The translations under genes were made by a program, and so were the position numbers. The notes under the pieces are model-generated. The model had not been told where the DNA came from and did not search any database. It saw nothing but the letters and a program-made list of their open reading frames with translations. Positions 12,873-27,553 of a stretch of DNA of 64,000 bases are shown piece after piece. The stretch spans positions 58,962,001 to 59,026,000 of the forward strand of contig OX597822.1 of the NCBI GenBank assembly GCA_951406725.2, given 5' to 3'. Source of the stretch: Octopus vulgaris. Its lineage: Eukaryota. Within the stretch, counting starts at the first letter, position 1. Each line of letters begins with the position of its first letter.

Positions 12873-13178
12873 CCGTCGGTTACGACGACGAGGGTTCCAG
12901 TTGATCCGATCAACGGAACAGCCTGCTCGTGAAATTAACTTGCAAGTGGCTGAGCACTCCACAGACACGCGTACCCCTTCACATACTTCTCAAGGAGATT
13001 CAGCGTGACAAGGCTGGGGCCCTTTGAAATACAGGTACCATTCATTTTAGCCAGCTGAGTGAACTGGAGGAACGTGAAATAAAGTGTCACGTTCAAAGGT
13101 AAAACGCGCCGGCGAGTATCGAACTCACGACCTTACGATCCTGAGCCGAATACTCTAACCACTAAACCATGCACCTTC
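12873..13178 (-). mobile_element. tRNA-derived SINE related to family C
   Basis: Reverse of the ...TGGTTTAGTGGTTAGAG...GTTCGATACTC head and CACTTTATTTCACGTT..CCAGTTCACTCAGCTG core. Confidence 0.65.
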
Positions 13179-13304
13179 ATTCATACCCACTCGCACAGAC
13201 ATATACAACCATCATATAAACATACAGCAACTACAACAGTACATATACAACCATCACACACATTACATATACATTACAACTACCGCACACATACATTGTA
13301 CATT

Positions 13305-13339
<35 letters not shown>

Positions 13340-13690
13340 TCACAAACGTACGGACATACACTACACGCGCACACGCATCCATACGTTAAACAGTTATTGA
13401 GTCGACAATATATGATCGACCTCCGCCGAGTTCGACTTTGCCTTTCGGGATCGATTAAATAAGTACCAGTTACGCACCGGGGTCGATGCAATCAACTTAA
13501 TCCCTTTGTCTGTCCTTGCTTGTCCCCTCTATGATTAGCCCCCCTGTGGGCAATAAAGAAATAAATATATGATCGACCTGCTAGAAACAACAGCTAAATT
13601 TCCTTCAAGTCACTCATACCAGCTTTAAAAAGACTCTGGAAGGACACATTGAACAATGAAGTCCCTCATATCGAATGAGCCTAACTATAT

Positions 13691-13922
13691 CAGAGGTTCT
13701 CATCTGGGGTCCATGTATTTCTTGGTGAGGTCCACATAAGATTTTGTTGCCAAAATTTGTCTACAATAAACTGGTTGTATTTCTACAACACGCAATATAT
13801 TTAAAAAAATTTTTGTATACAATTCCTAATAATATTTAATTATAAAAACATAATAGGATTTTTTAAGCATCGAATAGGAATCAAAAGGATCCATAGGTTA
13901 AAAAAATGGTTGAGAATCCTTG
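13691..13922. mobile_element. hAT-like MITE
   Basis: TIR CAGAGGTTCTCA...TGAGAATCCTTG; homologous to 57350-57594. Confidence 0.7.
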
Positions 13923-14361
13923 AGCTTGAGCATAGGGTCAACTGGATCAGGACTGACTTGGGGTTAAACAACATACACACATCACACACAGAGAGACATC
14001 ACATTTCATACGCGCATGAAATATCGATGATTTATGAATCTACACAATATCAGTTTTTGGTAGAGGAGTGTTACTGTCTGTATAATCGATTCTGTAAATT
14101 ACTGATGTATACATACAGCTTATCGAACACTACAAGATATAAAGTTAGGCGAAGTCAATATCGTATTGATTTGAGTTTGAAACTTATAGAAAGAAACATT
14201 CCGCGTCCAATTTTCGCGAGTCAGATTTGTGTATGTGTGCTATATTGTGTGTGGTCATACGTATATAAGTAAGTATGTATGTATGTATGTATGTATGTAT
14301 GTATGTATGTATGTATGTATGTATACCCGCATTTTTATATACTAACTCATACACACATGTA

Positions 14362-14452
<91 letters not shown>

Positions 14453-14828
14453 GACCCTTTTTTACCTCCCCACCCTCTTCTTCCCAAAAAGAAAAAGCTC
14501 TACTTTGTATTTTGTCCCTTCTGTGTTCAGCCCTGCGTGGCCAATAAAGAAATCTATCTATATAAACATGTATACAAACACATACATATCTACGTTCGTA
14601 CGTACATATCCATCCATCCATCCATCCATCCATCCATCCATCCATCCATACATACATACATACACACATACATACACACATACACACATACATACATACA
14701 TACTAACACACATACATACGCACATACATACACACATACGTACGTACACATTGTCATTTCGTTTATGACCGGCTTGAATTCTACGAAGCAATTTATATAC
14801 ATCTCAAGGAAAACATGCATACAAACTC

Positions 14829-14947
<119 letters not shown>

Positions 14948-15149
14948 GATAACTAGAAACAAGATTAGTAGATTAATTTGTGGCTGCTATGCAGATTGAA
15001 TGAAATTTATAGAATTACTATCATATTGGAGTGTGATGGCAATATTAAAGTTGGTCCGACTTTGATTTTCGCTTAAAGCTGGACAACTTGTGCTCGCGTT
15101 CACGCTTAAAATGTATTATATGTAACATATAATTAATATATTTGTGCTG

Positions 15150-15203
<54 letters not shown>

Positions 15204-15314
15204 CATATATATATATATATACATACATATATATGTATGTATTTGTGTGTGTTTAGACGTGTTTGTGTATATATATATATATATTATACATAGTATTTAC
15301 AATATAGAACTCAC

Positions 15315-15422
15315 CTTGTAGGTTGATGGGCCATGCTAGCTAAAGTCCATATCTATATCAAGAAGTCTTTTCCTGACTTTTAATATCCCTCTTGTGAATC
15401 TCCGTTACTTGTTGAGCAAAGC
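15315..15422 (-). other. Candidate spliced exon (108 nt) of a minus-strand host gene; 5'UTR plus possible start MAHQPT
   Basis: Acceptor ctgtttctgtttctgtag|G at 15422, donor AAG|gtgagt at 15315; unique sequence between repeats; ATG at 15334 in AGCATGG context. Confidence 0.6.
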
Positions 15423-15900
15423 CTACAGAAACAGAAACAGCAGCAGTAGCAGCAGCCGCAGCGGCGGTCGTGGTAATAGTAGTAGTAGTAGTAGTAGTAG
15501 TAGTAGCAGTAGTACAAGTTAGAGTGAGTGGGTTCTTTCTTTGCGTATACGTTGCGTACGTATGTGTGTGTTTATGTGTGTGTGTGTGTGTTTGCTTGTG
15601 TGCGTGTGTATTAAATCTTGTACAGCTGTAGGTTCTAATGCAGCTGCTTCTCTACCTCCAAAGAACCCACTGACTAATTAATAATCACCTTTAATTAATT
15701 TGGTTTTTTGTGATATCGTTCGTCCTATGTGCGTGTGTTCATTACGGTGTAAAGAAATAAATAAGTATACGTATAATTATAAGGTTTTATAAATCATGTG
15801 TTTCCTTCCATGTCTCAGATTTAGTTAATATTGTGATAAAAGAAAGGAAGAGATTTATCACTAAAACTTTTTTTCCTTTTCATTCAGTTCACGTCAATAT

Positions 15901-15944
<44 letters not shown>

Positions 15945-16197
15945 AAAAAGAAAAAGACTTTTAATTAGAATTATTATGGAAGTTGTTATTGTTGATGTTT
16001 CCTCCTTTTTTCTTCTTCTTCTTCCTTAGTAATTCGTCTTTCGACAAAAGACAGTATAATTGCAGCAAGAGAGAAGTCAATGTGTGGGTGGGTTTTGGGG
16101 TGGTATGGGGCAGGATATATGTGTGTGGTGTGGGTAGGTGGTATGGGGCAGGATATATGTGTGTGGTGTGGGTAGGTGGTATGGGGCAGGGTATGTG

Positions 16198-16230
<33 letters not shown>

Positions 16231-17663
16231 ACGCTTGTGTGTGAGGGGGGAAGGAAGTGGGACGACTGCATTTATTTATTTTTCTGACAGCTCAGTTTTT
16301 TTACTAACAAAACAATTGCTTACAAAGAATACAGACACACACACACGTACAGATATGCCCATCACACACACACACACTGATAATGGTTTCAGATTTTGCC
16401 ACGAAGTCGACCTCAGCGGAATTTGAACTCAGAACGTTAAGACAGACAAAATACTGCTAACGATTCTGCGAGTTCTCTGTCTCATTCATTAGTGGTATCA
16501 CTTTCAAGTTTTGGCCAACAATTTCGGGGAGAGAATAAGTCGATTACTTCGACCTCAGTGTACAGCTGGTACTTATTTTATGGACCCGAACTGATGAAAG
16601 GCAAAGTCGATCTCGGCGGAATTTGAACTCAGAACGTAAACATATGTATTATTATTATTTGTTGTATTTGTCTTTCGTCCGAGGTCGATGGTATTGTATG
16701 GTCCCTTTCAAAATTGATGGCTTATACCTAATGTGAAACTATTATTATTAATCGAGCTGGCAGAATCGTTAGCACGCCGGGCAAAATGCTTAGCGGTGTC
16801 TCACTCGTCTTTACGTTGAGTTCAAATTCCGTCATGGTCGACTTTACCTTTCGTCCTTCAGGGGTTGATAAAATAAGTATCAGTCGAGCACTGGGGTCGA
16901 TGTAAAGGACTAACCTCCTCCAACAAAATTTCTGGTGTTGTGCCTATAAAAGAAACGATTTCTATTATTCTTATCATTTTGGTTCAAATCCAGCTGAAGT
17001 CAACCTAGACTTTCATTCTTCGAGATCGATAAAATAAACCAAAATAAATAGCAGCTGGGTTAATGTAATCGACTTTCCATTCCCATCATAATTCTTTTCT
17101 ACTCTAGGCACAAGGCCCGAAATTTTGGGGGAGGGGGACAGTCGATTAGATCGACCCAGTACGCAACTGGTACTTAATTTATCGATCCCGAAAGGATGAA
17201 AAGCAAAGTCGACCTCGACGGAAGTTGAACTCAGAAGGTAAAGCCCTTCCCATCATAATTGCCAGCCCTCTGCCAAAGTTTGAAACATTTCTATTGTTTG
17301 GTCAATCACTGAGGGGCGGTAACATCGACTAATTCCTCTCCACCAATAAAAAAAATGTATTGGATTAATGCAATACGGGATGGTAGTGGTTGAAATATCA
17401 TTGTCCATAAGACTACTTGGTCAGGGGTTAAGGAACAATAATAGCAACTGTAGCAAAACCAGTAGTAGTAGTCGATACCAAATTGCTATCAGTTGATGGG
17501 TTTGGAGTATGTTATTATTTAAAAAAAAATTTTCTGGTCTTGCATAGAGAGGAGCAAAGTTATTTATACAATCGGAAGAAAACACACCATTTCTGCTTAT
17601 ATTTCTCCGATACCAACAAAGAGAGTCTGACTGTGGCTGCCTGACTGACCTTAATTGTTATGG

Positions 17664-17694
<31 letters not shown>

Positions 17695-18193
17695 GTCCCC
17701 CCTACACACACATACATCGTCTTTGTGTTTAAGCTTTCCCTCCCAAGCTAACTTCGTCACCATTCTGAGTAATTCCTCTGAGTAATGTGCATCCCGGGTT
17801 GTTTTTCAAGAACTCTTTCTCTGTGTCTCTCTCACTCTGTCTCTCTTTCTGTCTCTCACTCTCGTGCGCACACATATATTCAGGTAGATATTTATTAGAA
17901 CAGTTTTACCTTGTATTTCCATGTAAAAGTTCAACTGTTGTTCTGTTTTTCACTTTACTACTCTTTTATTCTTTTTTATTCAGTCATTTGTCTGTGACCA
18001 TGCTGGAGCATCGCCTTTAGTCGAGCAAATCGACCCCAGGACTTATTCTTTGTAAGACTATCGGTCTCTTTTGCCGAACCGCTAAGTTACGGGGACGTAA
18101 ACACAGCAGCATCGGTTGGCAAGCGATGTTTGGGGGGGGGGACAAACAGACATACAAACATATACACACACATACATACATACATACATACAT

Positions 18194-18236
<43 letters not shown>

Positions 18237-18360
18237 TACGACGGGTTTCTTTCAGTTTCCGTCTACCAAATCCACTCACGAGGCTTTGGTCGGTCCGAGG
18301 CTATAGTAGAAGACACTTGCCCAAGATGTCACGCAGTGGGACTGAACCCGGAACCATGTG

Positions 18361-19018
<658 letters not shown>

Positions 19019-19020
<2 letters not shown>

Positions 19021-19587
19021 AGTTGAAATTTACAGAAAAACAAAAGACGAAGGCAGGTGTATAATCAAGCAGGTGTATTAGTTTGAGCTCGGGAAGTTGA
19101 GAAAGTCTTTTACGTTTCGAGCCTACGCTCTTCAACAGAAAAGAACACGAGGAAATATACAGAGAAAGCATAAAAAAAACAACTTTTGGAATGAGAAAAG
19201 AGATGACAAAGGAATAACCGATTATTTTATGAATTTCTCAGGCACTCAACTATCAGTCAACCGCATCTTATAGTTGAAACAGCTGTAAGCTAATGAAGGT
19301 CGTAAAGATAATCGGTTATTCTTTTGTCACCTCTTTTCTTATTACATCTCTGTACTCATCTAACGCTTCGTTCAAAAGCATACGTATATTGAGTTCTGCA
19401 CGGGTTATTAGTACCGCAATGTCAAAGCGATATGTTCTTTATTTTCTCTCCTTGTTTCTTTCTGTGGAAGAGCGTTGGTTCGAAACGTTAAAGACTTTTT
19501 CACTTCTCGAACGTTATACTAATACATCTGTTTGTTGTCATCACCACATGTCGCCGTCTTTTGTTGTTGTTTTTTGTGAATTCTCCC

Positions 19588-19642
<55 letters not shown>

Positions 19643-19845
19643 CGGGAAGCTTTATGAAAATAAACAAAAGACGAAGGCAGGTTGAAAACAAACGAACAAT
19701 TGTATTAGTATGGCGCTCAGGAAATATAAATAAAACAAGTCTTTAACGTTTCGAGCCTACGCTCTTCAACAGAAAGATACACAGAGAGAGAAAAACACAG
19801 AAAGAAGGAGAGAAAAAAAATGCGTGCAGTAGCTAACGAATCAAC
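19019..19845. mobile_element. Cluster of three (TA)n-flanked repeats with decayed hammerhead cores (Penelope pLTR-like)
   Basis: CTGT(T/G)GAAGAGCG....G(C/T)TCGAAACGT at ~19111-19138 (-), ~19462-19490 (+) and ~19745-19772 (-). Confidence 0.55.
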
Positions 19846-20242
19846 ATATATATATATGCGACCATCTACATATATATAACTACATTGTATATTTTTATTA
19901 GTTCCTTACTGTCCTGCATCTCTAGTGTGCAGTATTTCAGGAAAAGATGCCACTGTACTCCGTTATTATTATGAGAGTTATATTTATTAGCATGAGAGTC
20001 GTATGCGTTTCGCGAGTCACAGGTTGTCCTGTGTTGATATTTTTGTAAAATATTCTCATGTTCTAAACCAACTCGTATTCATCAACTGATTCTGTTATCA
20101 CCATTTGAAGCAAGCACAGTGAAGTCTATGTTTTGCTGGAGAAGTTTAATAAGACCAAAACATGTTTACAATTGTCCCCCGTATTTCCTGGATTAAATAA
20201 TGTTATTCATTAACTTATATTGTCTTTGGCACTTTCCTTGTA

Positions 20243-20601
20243 TCGACAGCAATTTTTTTTTTTTACTTACAAAAGAATTAGTAAGTAAACTATTAAACGG
20301 GCGAGACAAGTGTAATAGTTGATCGGTTGACTTTCGGAATAGCTTTTACTAAGAAGAAACGTACCAGTAAAAATTTGCTGGGAAAAGGCAAGGAAATTGT
20401 GGGCAAGAATATAAAATATCAAATGTTTCGAACCAAAAAATTCTTTCATAGAGAAAACAACCACCCTATTCCGCGCCTATTTCCTTCTACATGAGGTAGT
20501 GATAGCTATTCTGAAAGTTCACTGGTCAACTATTACACCCGTCTCACGAGTGTAATATCTTATTAACTAATCCTTTAGTAAATAAAAAAATTGGCTGCCG
20601 T
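20243..20601. mobile_element. Old MITE with ~100-bp degenerate TIRs
   Basis: GAGACAAGTGTAATAGTTGATCGGTTGACTTTCGGAATAGCT vs AGCTATTCTGAAAGTTCACTGGTCAACTATTACACCCGTCTC. Confidence 0.6.
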
Positions 20602-21779
20602 CTTTTCTCCACCGGCATATTTTACTACTATATCAACACTAACCTAACTATTTTCAAATTTAACGACGATAAGCACTAATTAGTGATCTTTCGTTATTGT
20701 TCTTCTTTTAGATCCAAGTCGGCCCTGATTGAGTTGAATTATGATTAAGGGTATTCTAGCCATGCTTCTCACGCCGTTTTGTCTTTAGATTCAGAAATAA
20801 TGTATAGCACGAACTATATAAGCCAATGTGTTCGTCTCTTTCCCGAGAAAGGGTGTAATTTGATGGAAATTTGACTGTTATTTCTTGCAGATCGAGTAAC
20901 TTCGTAGAGTCTCCCTCACTGGGTTGAGTTCTCTTTTATATAATACTGGGAGTCTGTTTAACGAGGAAAGCAGTATTAACGAAACGTTTGCAATTACACA
21001 AATAACTCAAATGCATTGAATGACCGTTTTAGGAATTAGATACCGGCTAATCGATAAAGTAATAATCGAATATCATCATTAAACTTCGTGGAGCCTAGTG
21101 GCGGCAATCTGTTTTGATGTAAGAAACATTATCAGGGCGAAGTCATGGTTGAAGCGTTGTGAAGTTTGCTTCGAAATATGAGGCCCCAGACATATTAGTG
21201 AGGGAAAAATGTAGACGTGTGTCTTCTGTTATTGCTCGGGGCTAACCTTGAGAGTGAAATATGGTATACGGTAACGTCCTTTATTATTATTGTACATATA
21301 ACATAATGCAAATGTGTAGCTTTTTTGTGCATTTTGTTTGCAGAAAATACAGAAATAACAGTAATAACGTTTAATAAATGTTGCTTACTGCATGTTATGG
21401 ATGATTCTTTTATGACTTCGTTGCTTTCAGGCTTAGCTTAAGGTATTTTCGTGCCCAACATCACAAAATGCGTCTAAATAAAAATTGCCTGATAGCAAAT
21501 AGAGACACTTAGAAAATAATTTTCATTTTTAACCTCATATATAGTACGCACTAGGGAATTTGACCATTAAATTTTGGGGAAAAAATGCGGATTATACTCG
21601 AAGATTTACGGTAATGATGCATAAATTCTTACAGAAGGTGATCAGATAGATTTGAAGTTTAGATATAAATGCAGGTATGGCTGGATGGTTAAAACTATCG
21701 CTTTGTAACAGCGTGGTTTCTGGTTCAGCTCCACTGCAGGGTTTCTTGGGTGTCTTCTACTATAATCCCGGCCGGCCAA

Positions 21780-22522
21780 TTATAATAATCGAAGGTCGTG
21801 CTTCACCACCTCGTCCCAGGTTTTCCTGGGTCTGCCTCTTCCACGGGTTCCCTCAACCGCTAGGGTGTGGAACTTTTTCACACAACTATCTTCATCCATT
21901 CTCGCCACATGACCATACCAGCGCAAACGTCTCTCTTGCACACCACAACTGATGCTTCTTAGGTCCAGCTTTTCTCTCAAGGTACTTACACTCTGTCGAG
22001 TATGAACACTGACATTACACATCCATCGGAGCATACTGGCTTCATTTCTTGCAAGCTTACGCACATCCTCAGCAGTTACGGCCCATGTTTCACTGCCATG
22101 TAGCATGGCTGTTCGTACACACGCGTCATACAGTCTGCCTTTTACTCTGAGCGAGAGGCCTTTTGTCACCATCAGAGGTAAGAGCTCTCTGAACTTTGCC
22201 CAAGCTATTCTTACTCTAGCAGTTACACTTTCAGCACACCCGCCCCCGCTACTGACTTGGTCGCCTAGGTAACGGAAGCTATCAACTATTTCTAGTTTTT
22301 CTCCCTGGAATGTGGCAGAAGTTGGTCTCTGAGCATTTTCAGTGTTTATTGCTCCTGGGCATCTGCCACATACAAAAACTATCTTCCTAGTTAGCCCTCC
22401 TTTGACATTGCTGCACCTCTTATGTGTCCATAGCTTACACTTGGTGCATCTTATAGAGTTTCTACCTATACCTTTTCTACAGATCGAGCAGGGCCATCTA
22501 CCTGAAGGCGTTTGTGATTCCA
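21780..22522 (-). mobile_element. RTE-clade LINE 3' fragment (RT C-terminus with Cys-rich zinc-finger insert) nested in a family A SINE
   Basis: [25 protein letters not shown]...FRYLGD...VRTAMLHGSETW...RLRWYGHVARM...RGRGRPRKTW; SINE halves at ~21672-21780 and ~22625-22825. Confidence 0.85.
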
Positions 22523-22541
22523 TATGTATATATATATATAA

Positions 22542-22614
<73 letters not shown>

Positions 22615-23524
22615 CATATATATAAGTGGGTGGGTATATGTGTATTTATTTGTTTGTGTTTGTTCTTCATCACCACTTGACAACCGGTGTTAGTTCGTTT
22701 ATGTCCCTGTGACTTATAAATTCGGCAAAAAGTGTACCAGACTTGAAAAATAGAAGCAGGAGGACTAATCTGCCAAGGGAGTGCCTCAGCATGGTCGCAG
22801 TCCAATGACTATAACAAGTAAAATACAATGCAAATCCAGACAGCGAACAGTGAGGGACCCTCTTGGGATAAGACTCGAAAGAGCGTAAGAACTTGTGGGA
22901 ACGTACCGCGTTTCACAAAAGTAAGGAATATCTAATTCTAGATATTTATAAACATGTTAATTTCCAATTTTGGTGTTAGGGCTTAAAATATTTTAGTTGT
23001 TGTTTACATATGTGACTTAGGGATTGGATCCAATTTGAATGTGACGAAATGAAACCAGGGGTTTTCCATCCGGTTGGAGAAACTTAAATGAACTCGTAAC
23101 CTCCGAGACGCTCCTTTTTGTTGTACGTATTTTTTCAGTTAGGAAGTAGGTTTCTAAATATAGATTTAGTATACATTTCTTCTGGATATATCATAAAATG
23201 CTGCGTATGTGGATACATGCATACATACATACATACATACATACGTACATACATACATACATACATACATACATACACATACTGCGTACATATACACACA
23301 TACACACAAACAATTATATACACGCATACATAGACACTAATGGATACATATATTCATACTTATATACATACATATCTACATACATTCATACGTACATGCA
23401 TACATACATAAATACATACACGCGTACATTTGTACACATAAATATATATAAGCATACATATCTACATGTATATATACATATACCCATAAATAAAAATATA
23501 CATACATAATCTCTGTATGTATCT

Positions 23525-23748
23525 TATTTTTTTATTGCCCACAAGGGGCTAAACATAGAGGGGACGAACAAGACAGACAAAGGGATTAAGTTGATTATAT
23601 CGACCCCAATGCGTAACCGGTACTCATTTAATCGACCCCGAAAGGATGAAAGGCAAAGTCGAACTCGGCGGAATTTGAACTCAGAACGTAGCGGCAGACG
23701 AAATACCGCTAAGCATTTCGCCCGGCGTACTAACGTTTCTGCCAGCTC
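23525..23748 (-). mobile_element. SINE family B
   Basis: Reverse complement of the family B consensus. Confidence 0.85.
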
Positions 23749-23769
23749 GATGTATCTACCTACATTCTC

Positions 23770-23826
<57 letters not shown>

Positions 23827-24308
23827 ACACATATAAACATACACACACATACATACATACACATATACAACTGCATAGAGTTACTTAAACTATTGGGTGT
23901 AAAGGGAAGAAGGGGAACAAAACAGAGAGAGAGAGAGGGGGGAGGGAGAGGGAGAGAAGGAGAGAGAGATTGTATATGGATGTGGGGAAAGTACAGCATC
24001 GGAGGACTGTTAGGATATTAAAGTGTATTGTCCCCTTTTCTAGGTAAGGGTCTGTACACATACGTCAGACAGTACATAGATACACTTCCACCTTACCAGC
24101 CAAGCAAAACATTATTTAAGGCTTTCAAATAAGGAAGAGCGACGTGCGTAGGCTGTAAATTGTGAAACACTGCGTGAATACTTGTGTGTCTGTGTTGTTA
24201 TTGGTGGTGGTGGGGACGGGTTGTCCCATCATCTGAATGCAAACAATTGTAAAGGAAGAGGAAATAGATTGTATTAATAAAATCATGTTTAACAAATGGT
24301 TGAACTCC

Positions 24309-26675
24309 ACAAGGTGCATTCCAGAAGTTTTTTTTTTTCAGGAGAGGAAGTTGTATTTGTTCTAAATTATTGTAATTTTAGTATATCATTATTATACATT
24401 TAATAATCTGACCTGCCAACTTTTAAAATTCCAGTTTGAAGGACACAGCGGTAAGAGCACTTTGAACATATCCCATTAAACACAGCCTGTTCCAGCCCAA
24501 TAGTATACATTTACAGAATGCAATCGTGATGTGAAGACAGTTTGGAAGTTCGCTATGCAATAAAGTTTTGTGTTAAACAGGACGAAAGCGATATAGAAAC
24601 TTATGAAATCTTCCAAACTGCTCATGGATTAACTTGTATGAAACGATCATTTGTTTCTCGCTTGCAAAAGATGTTCAAGGAAGGTAGAAAGGAGATGAGA
24701 GACGATGAGAACTGTAGGAAGGAGAGGGTCATTAAAACATCAGAGCTGATTGAGAAAAGTCGCAATTTTCTAGATAAAGACGGCTGGTTTCTATAAAAGC
24801 AACAAGTATTCAATTTGGAGTTGGTGTGGAAACTGTACATAGAATTATTCATGAATATCTGAGCATGCGTAAAATGTGTGCAAAGTTTGTTCCCATGGTG
24901 CTCAGTGACGAACTGAAGGAAAGACGAATTGGTGACACGAAGGAGATGATTGTGACAAAAAAACCTACTGTTATAATCCAGAGACCAAGAGATAGAGAGT
25001 CCAATGAAAGCATCCTGCTCCCCGAGATCCAAGAAGGCCAGGTTAAAGCAAATCCACCGGGAACCTCTTGATAATCTCCTTTTTTCGACAGCAAGGACAA
25101 TATCTAGTTAGTTAGTTAGTTAGTTAGTTAATTTTTGGCTCAAAAAGCAAAAAGCAAGGCCATGTAGGGGGACATGGAGTTATGTACAGGGTGGTGTTCA
25201 TATAAAGAGTTCAGGCCACTTGTGGTCAAGGGAGTCTTTGAACCGAGCGGTCGTCGGCATCTTCACCATCTCGTCCGATATGCTGTATGTCTTTGAGGAG
25301 ATAAGGAGAAGAGGCTTGAATCCCGTACTCCAATATGGGTCTCACCAGTGTGACATAGAGCGGTAGGAATATGGCTGCTGTGAGCATTCCGAATGACCGT
25401 CGAATCAAGAACAGAACTCCGCGTGCTTTGTTGGCAGCATGGACGCACTGGTCCGAAGGTGAAAAGGAGGAATCCACCAAGATACCCAGGTCCTTTACCT
25501 GGTCGGTCCTCTCCAGCAGCAGACGACCCGGCTCGAAATCAAGTTGAGTTGCAGGAGGAGAGCCAACAGGCAGATGACAGCACTTTGACACGTTCAGACA
25601 CAGGTCCCATTCGTTAGAACATCTCCAAATTTGGTGGAGGCATCGACGAAGATCCTCTATATCACCGCGAGGAGCGACCAGTTTGACATCGTCGGCAAAT
25701 AGAAGGGTGTGTTGCGTGAGGTCGTCGGGCAAGTCATTTATGAAGACTAAGAACAATAAGGGCCCAAGCACTGAACCTTGAGGCACGCCACTGCTCGCAC
25801 TGGAGACGTCAGACAGCGAACCATTAACTTGGACTTGGAAAGAGCGATCTGAGAGGAAGGCACCAACCCATCGTACAATATCCGGATGGAAACTATATGC
25901 TTGAAGCTTGACAAGTAATAGGCGGTGGTTTACCGAGTCAAAAGCTTTGGCAAAGTCTAATAAAACGATGTCAACAGCATCACCATCATCGAGGATGCGC
26001 GTCACCAATTCTTCCATTACCAGTGAGTTGGTCAAGCATGATCTCTTCGGCACGAAGCCGTGTTGGGAATCAGAGATAGAGGCTGTGTTTTGGAGGTGGA
26101 GCATCATACTTTTCTTAAGGATGGTTTCAAACATCTTGCTGATTATTGAAGTAAGGGAAACCGGTCGGTAGTTAAGCGGGTCTTCGCGGCTCCCTTTCTT
26201 GAAAATTGGGCTAGGTTCCCCTCTGGTCAGACGTTCAACAAAGAGTACTTTGTGGCGGTTTTGATGGAATTCATGAAGAGATTTCGTCGTAAAAAGCCGG
26301 AGCTCTTCCAGTCTGGTTGATGGCACCTGCCCCAGGACAATGCACCAGTCATGAATTCCATCCTGGTAACCAAATACTTGACAGAAATGGGCATCAGAGC
26401 TGTCCCTCACTTATCCTACAGTCAAGACCTTGCTTCCTGTGACTTGCTTGTTCAAGCTGAAGGAGAACCTCAGGAGCAGTTGTTTTGAAAATTTTGAGAA
26501 GATGAAGGAGGCTGTGCTGAAGGTCCTGGACACCTTCTCTTTGAAAGACTTTCACGAGTCCTTCACAAAGTGGCTGGTGTGCTACAGGTGGATAGACGTC
26601 AGAGGGTCCTACCTTGAAGGAGATTAAATGAATGTCTCTCCTGACAAAGTTCCAATACTACTGGTGTGCACTACT
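24309..26675 (+). mobile_element. Degenerate mariner transposon (irritans-like) interrupted by a LINE
   Basis: EVRYAIKFCVK..ETYEIFQTAHG, TVHRIIHEYLSMRKMCAKFVP, FFDSK; after the insert, SGQTFNKEY, QDNAP and YSQDLASCD-like motifs; degenerate TIRs (GTGCA..CCAG...TCAGGAGAG). Confidence 0.8.
25105..26211 (-). mobile_element. CR1-like LINE fragment (reverse transcriptase, 5'-truncated) with (TAAC)n tail
   Basis: PIFKKG..NYRPVSLTS, QHGF..RSCLTN, DFAKAFDSV, SGVPQGSVLGPLLF, LFADDVKL, KDLGI, LVRPILEY; frame open for ~320 codons; (TTAG)n at 25105-25130 on the plus strand. Confidence 0.9.
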
Positions 26676-26788
26676 GCATCTTGTAATTATTAGATATGAT
26701 TTTGTTAACTCAGTCCTAAGAACCACCAGAACAGTTATATACATGCATACATACATATATACGTAAGTGTACGCGCGCGCACACACAC

Positions 26789-27134
26789 ATACCTCGGTAC
26801 TACGGACCTCCCTTCAACTGATTTCGGAAGCAGCGGACAAAATCACGGCATATCAACAACACCCCTTTACCATCCAGGGTAAGTTTGATTTTAAATTTAA
26901 AATGTTGAATTTACTGAATTATAGTGTATATTTACAGTGTATGTGTATCTTATGTTGTCAGAATAGATAGTGTGCTTGATTAAAAGTGCAGTACTGTATT
27001 TATGCCTGTCTTTCATAACGTAATTGTTGATATTAGCCACTCCTAACGCAATCTAACCTTAATGTTTGGTACCTGCGGACAATCAGCTTCATCGGACCGA
27101 TGTTCCTTCCTTTTAGTCCGTAGTACCGATGTAT
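26789..27134. mobile_element. MITE (pogo/Tigger-like TIRs)
   Basis: ATACCTCGGTACTACGGAC ... GTCCGTAGTACCGATGTAT (18/19 inverted match). Confidence 0.7.
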
Positions 27135-27177
<43 letters not shown>

Positions 27178-27178
<1 letters not shown>

Positions 27179-27553
27179 ACTCTTTTACTTGTTTCAGTCA
27201 TTTGACTGTGGCCATGCTGGAGTATCGCCTTTAGTCGAGCAAATCGACCCCAGGATTTATAGCTTGTAAGCCTAGTACTTATTCTATTGGTCTCTTTTGC
27301 CGAACTGCTAATTTACGGGGACGTAAACACACCAGCATTGGTTGTCAAGCAATGTTGGGGGGACAAACACAGACATACAAACACACACATACACACATAT
27401 ATATATATACATATATTCGACGGGCTTCTTTCAGTTTCCGTCTACCAAATCCACTCACAAGGCTTTGGTCGGCCTGAGGCAATAGTAGAAGACACTTGTC
27501 CAAGGTGCCACGCAGTGGGACTGAACCCCAGAACCATGTGGTTGGTAAGCAAG
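27178..27553 (-). mobile_element. SINE family A
   Basis: Reverse complement of the family A consensus. Confidence 0.85.

Noticed and set aside
26212-26410. N-terminal part of the 394-aa minus-strand ORF
   Set aside because: It is antisense read-through into the host mariner; the RT homology starts at ~26210.
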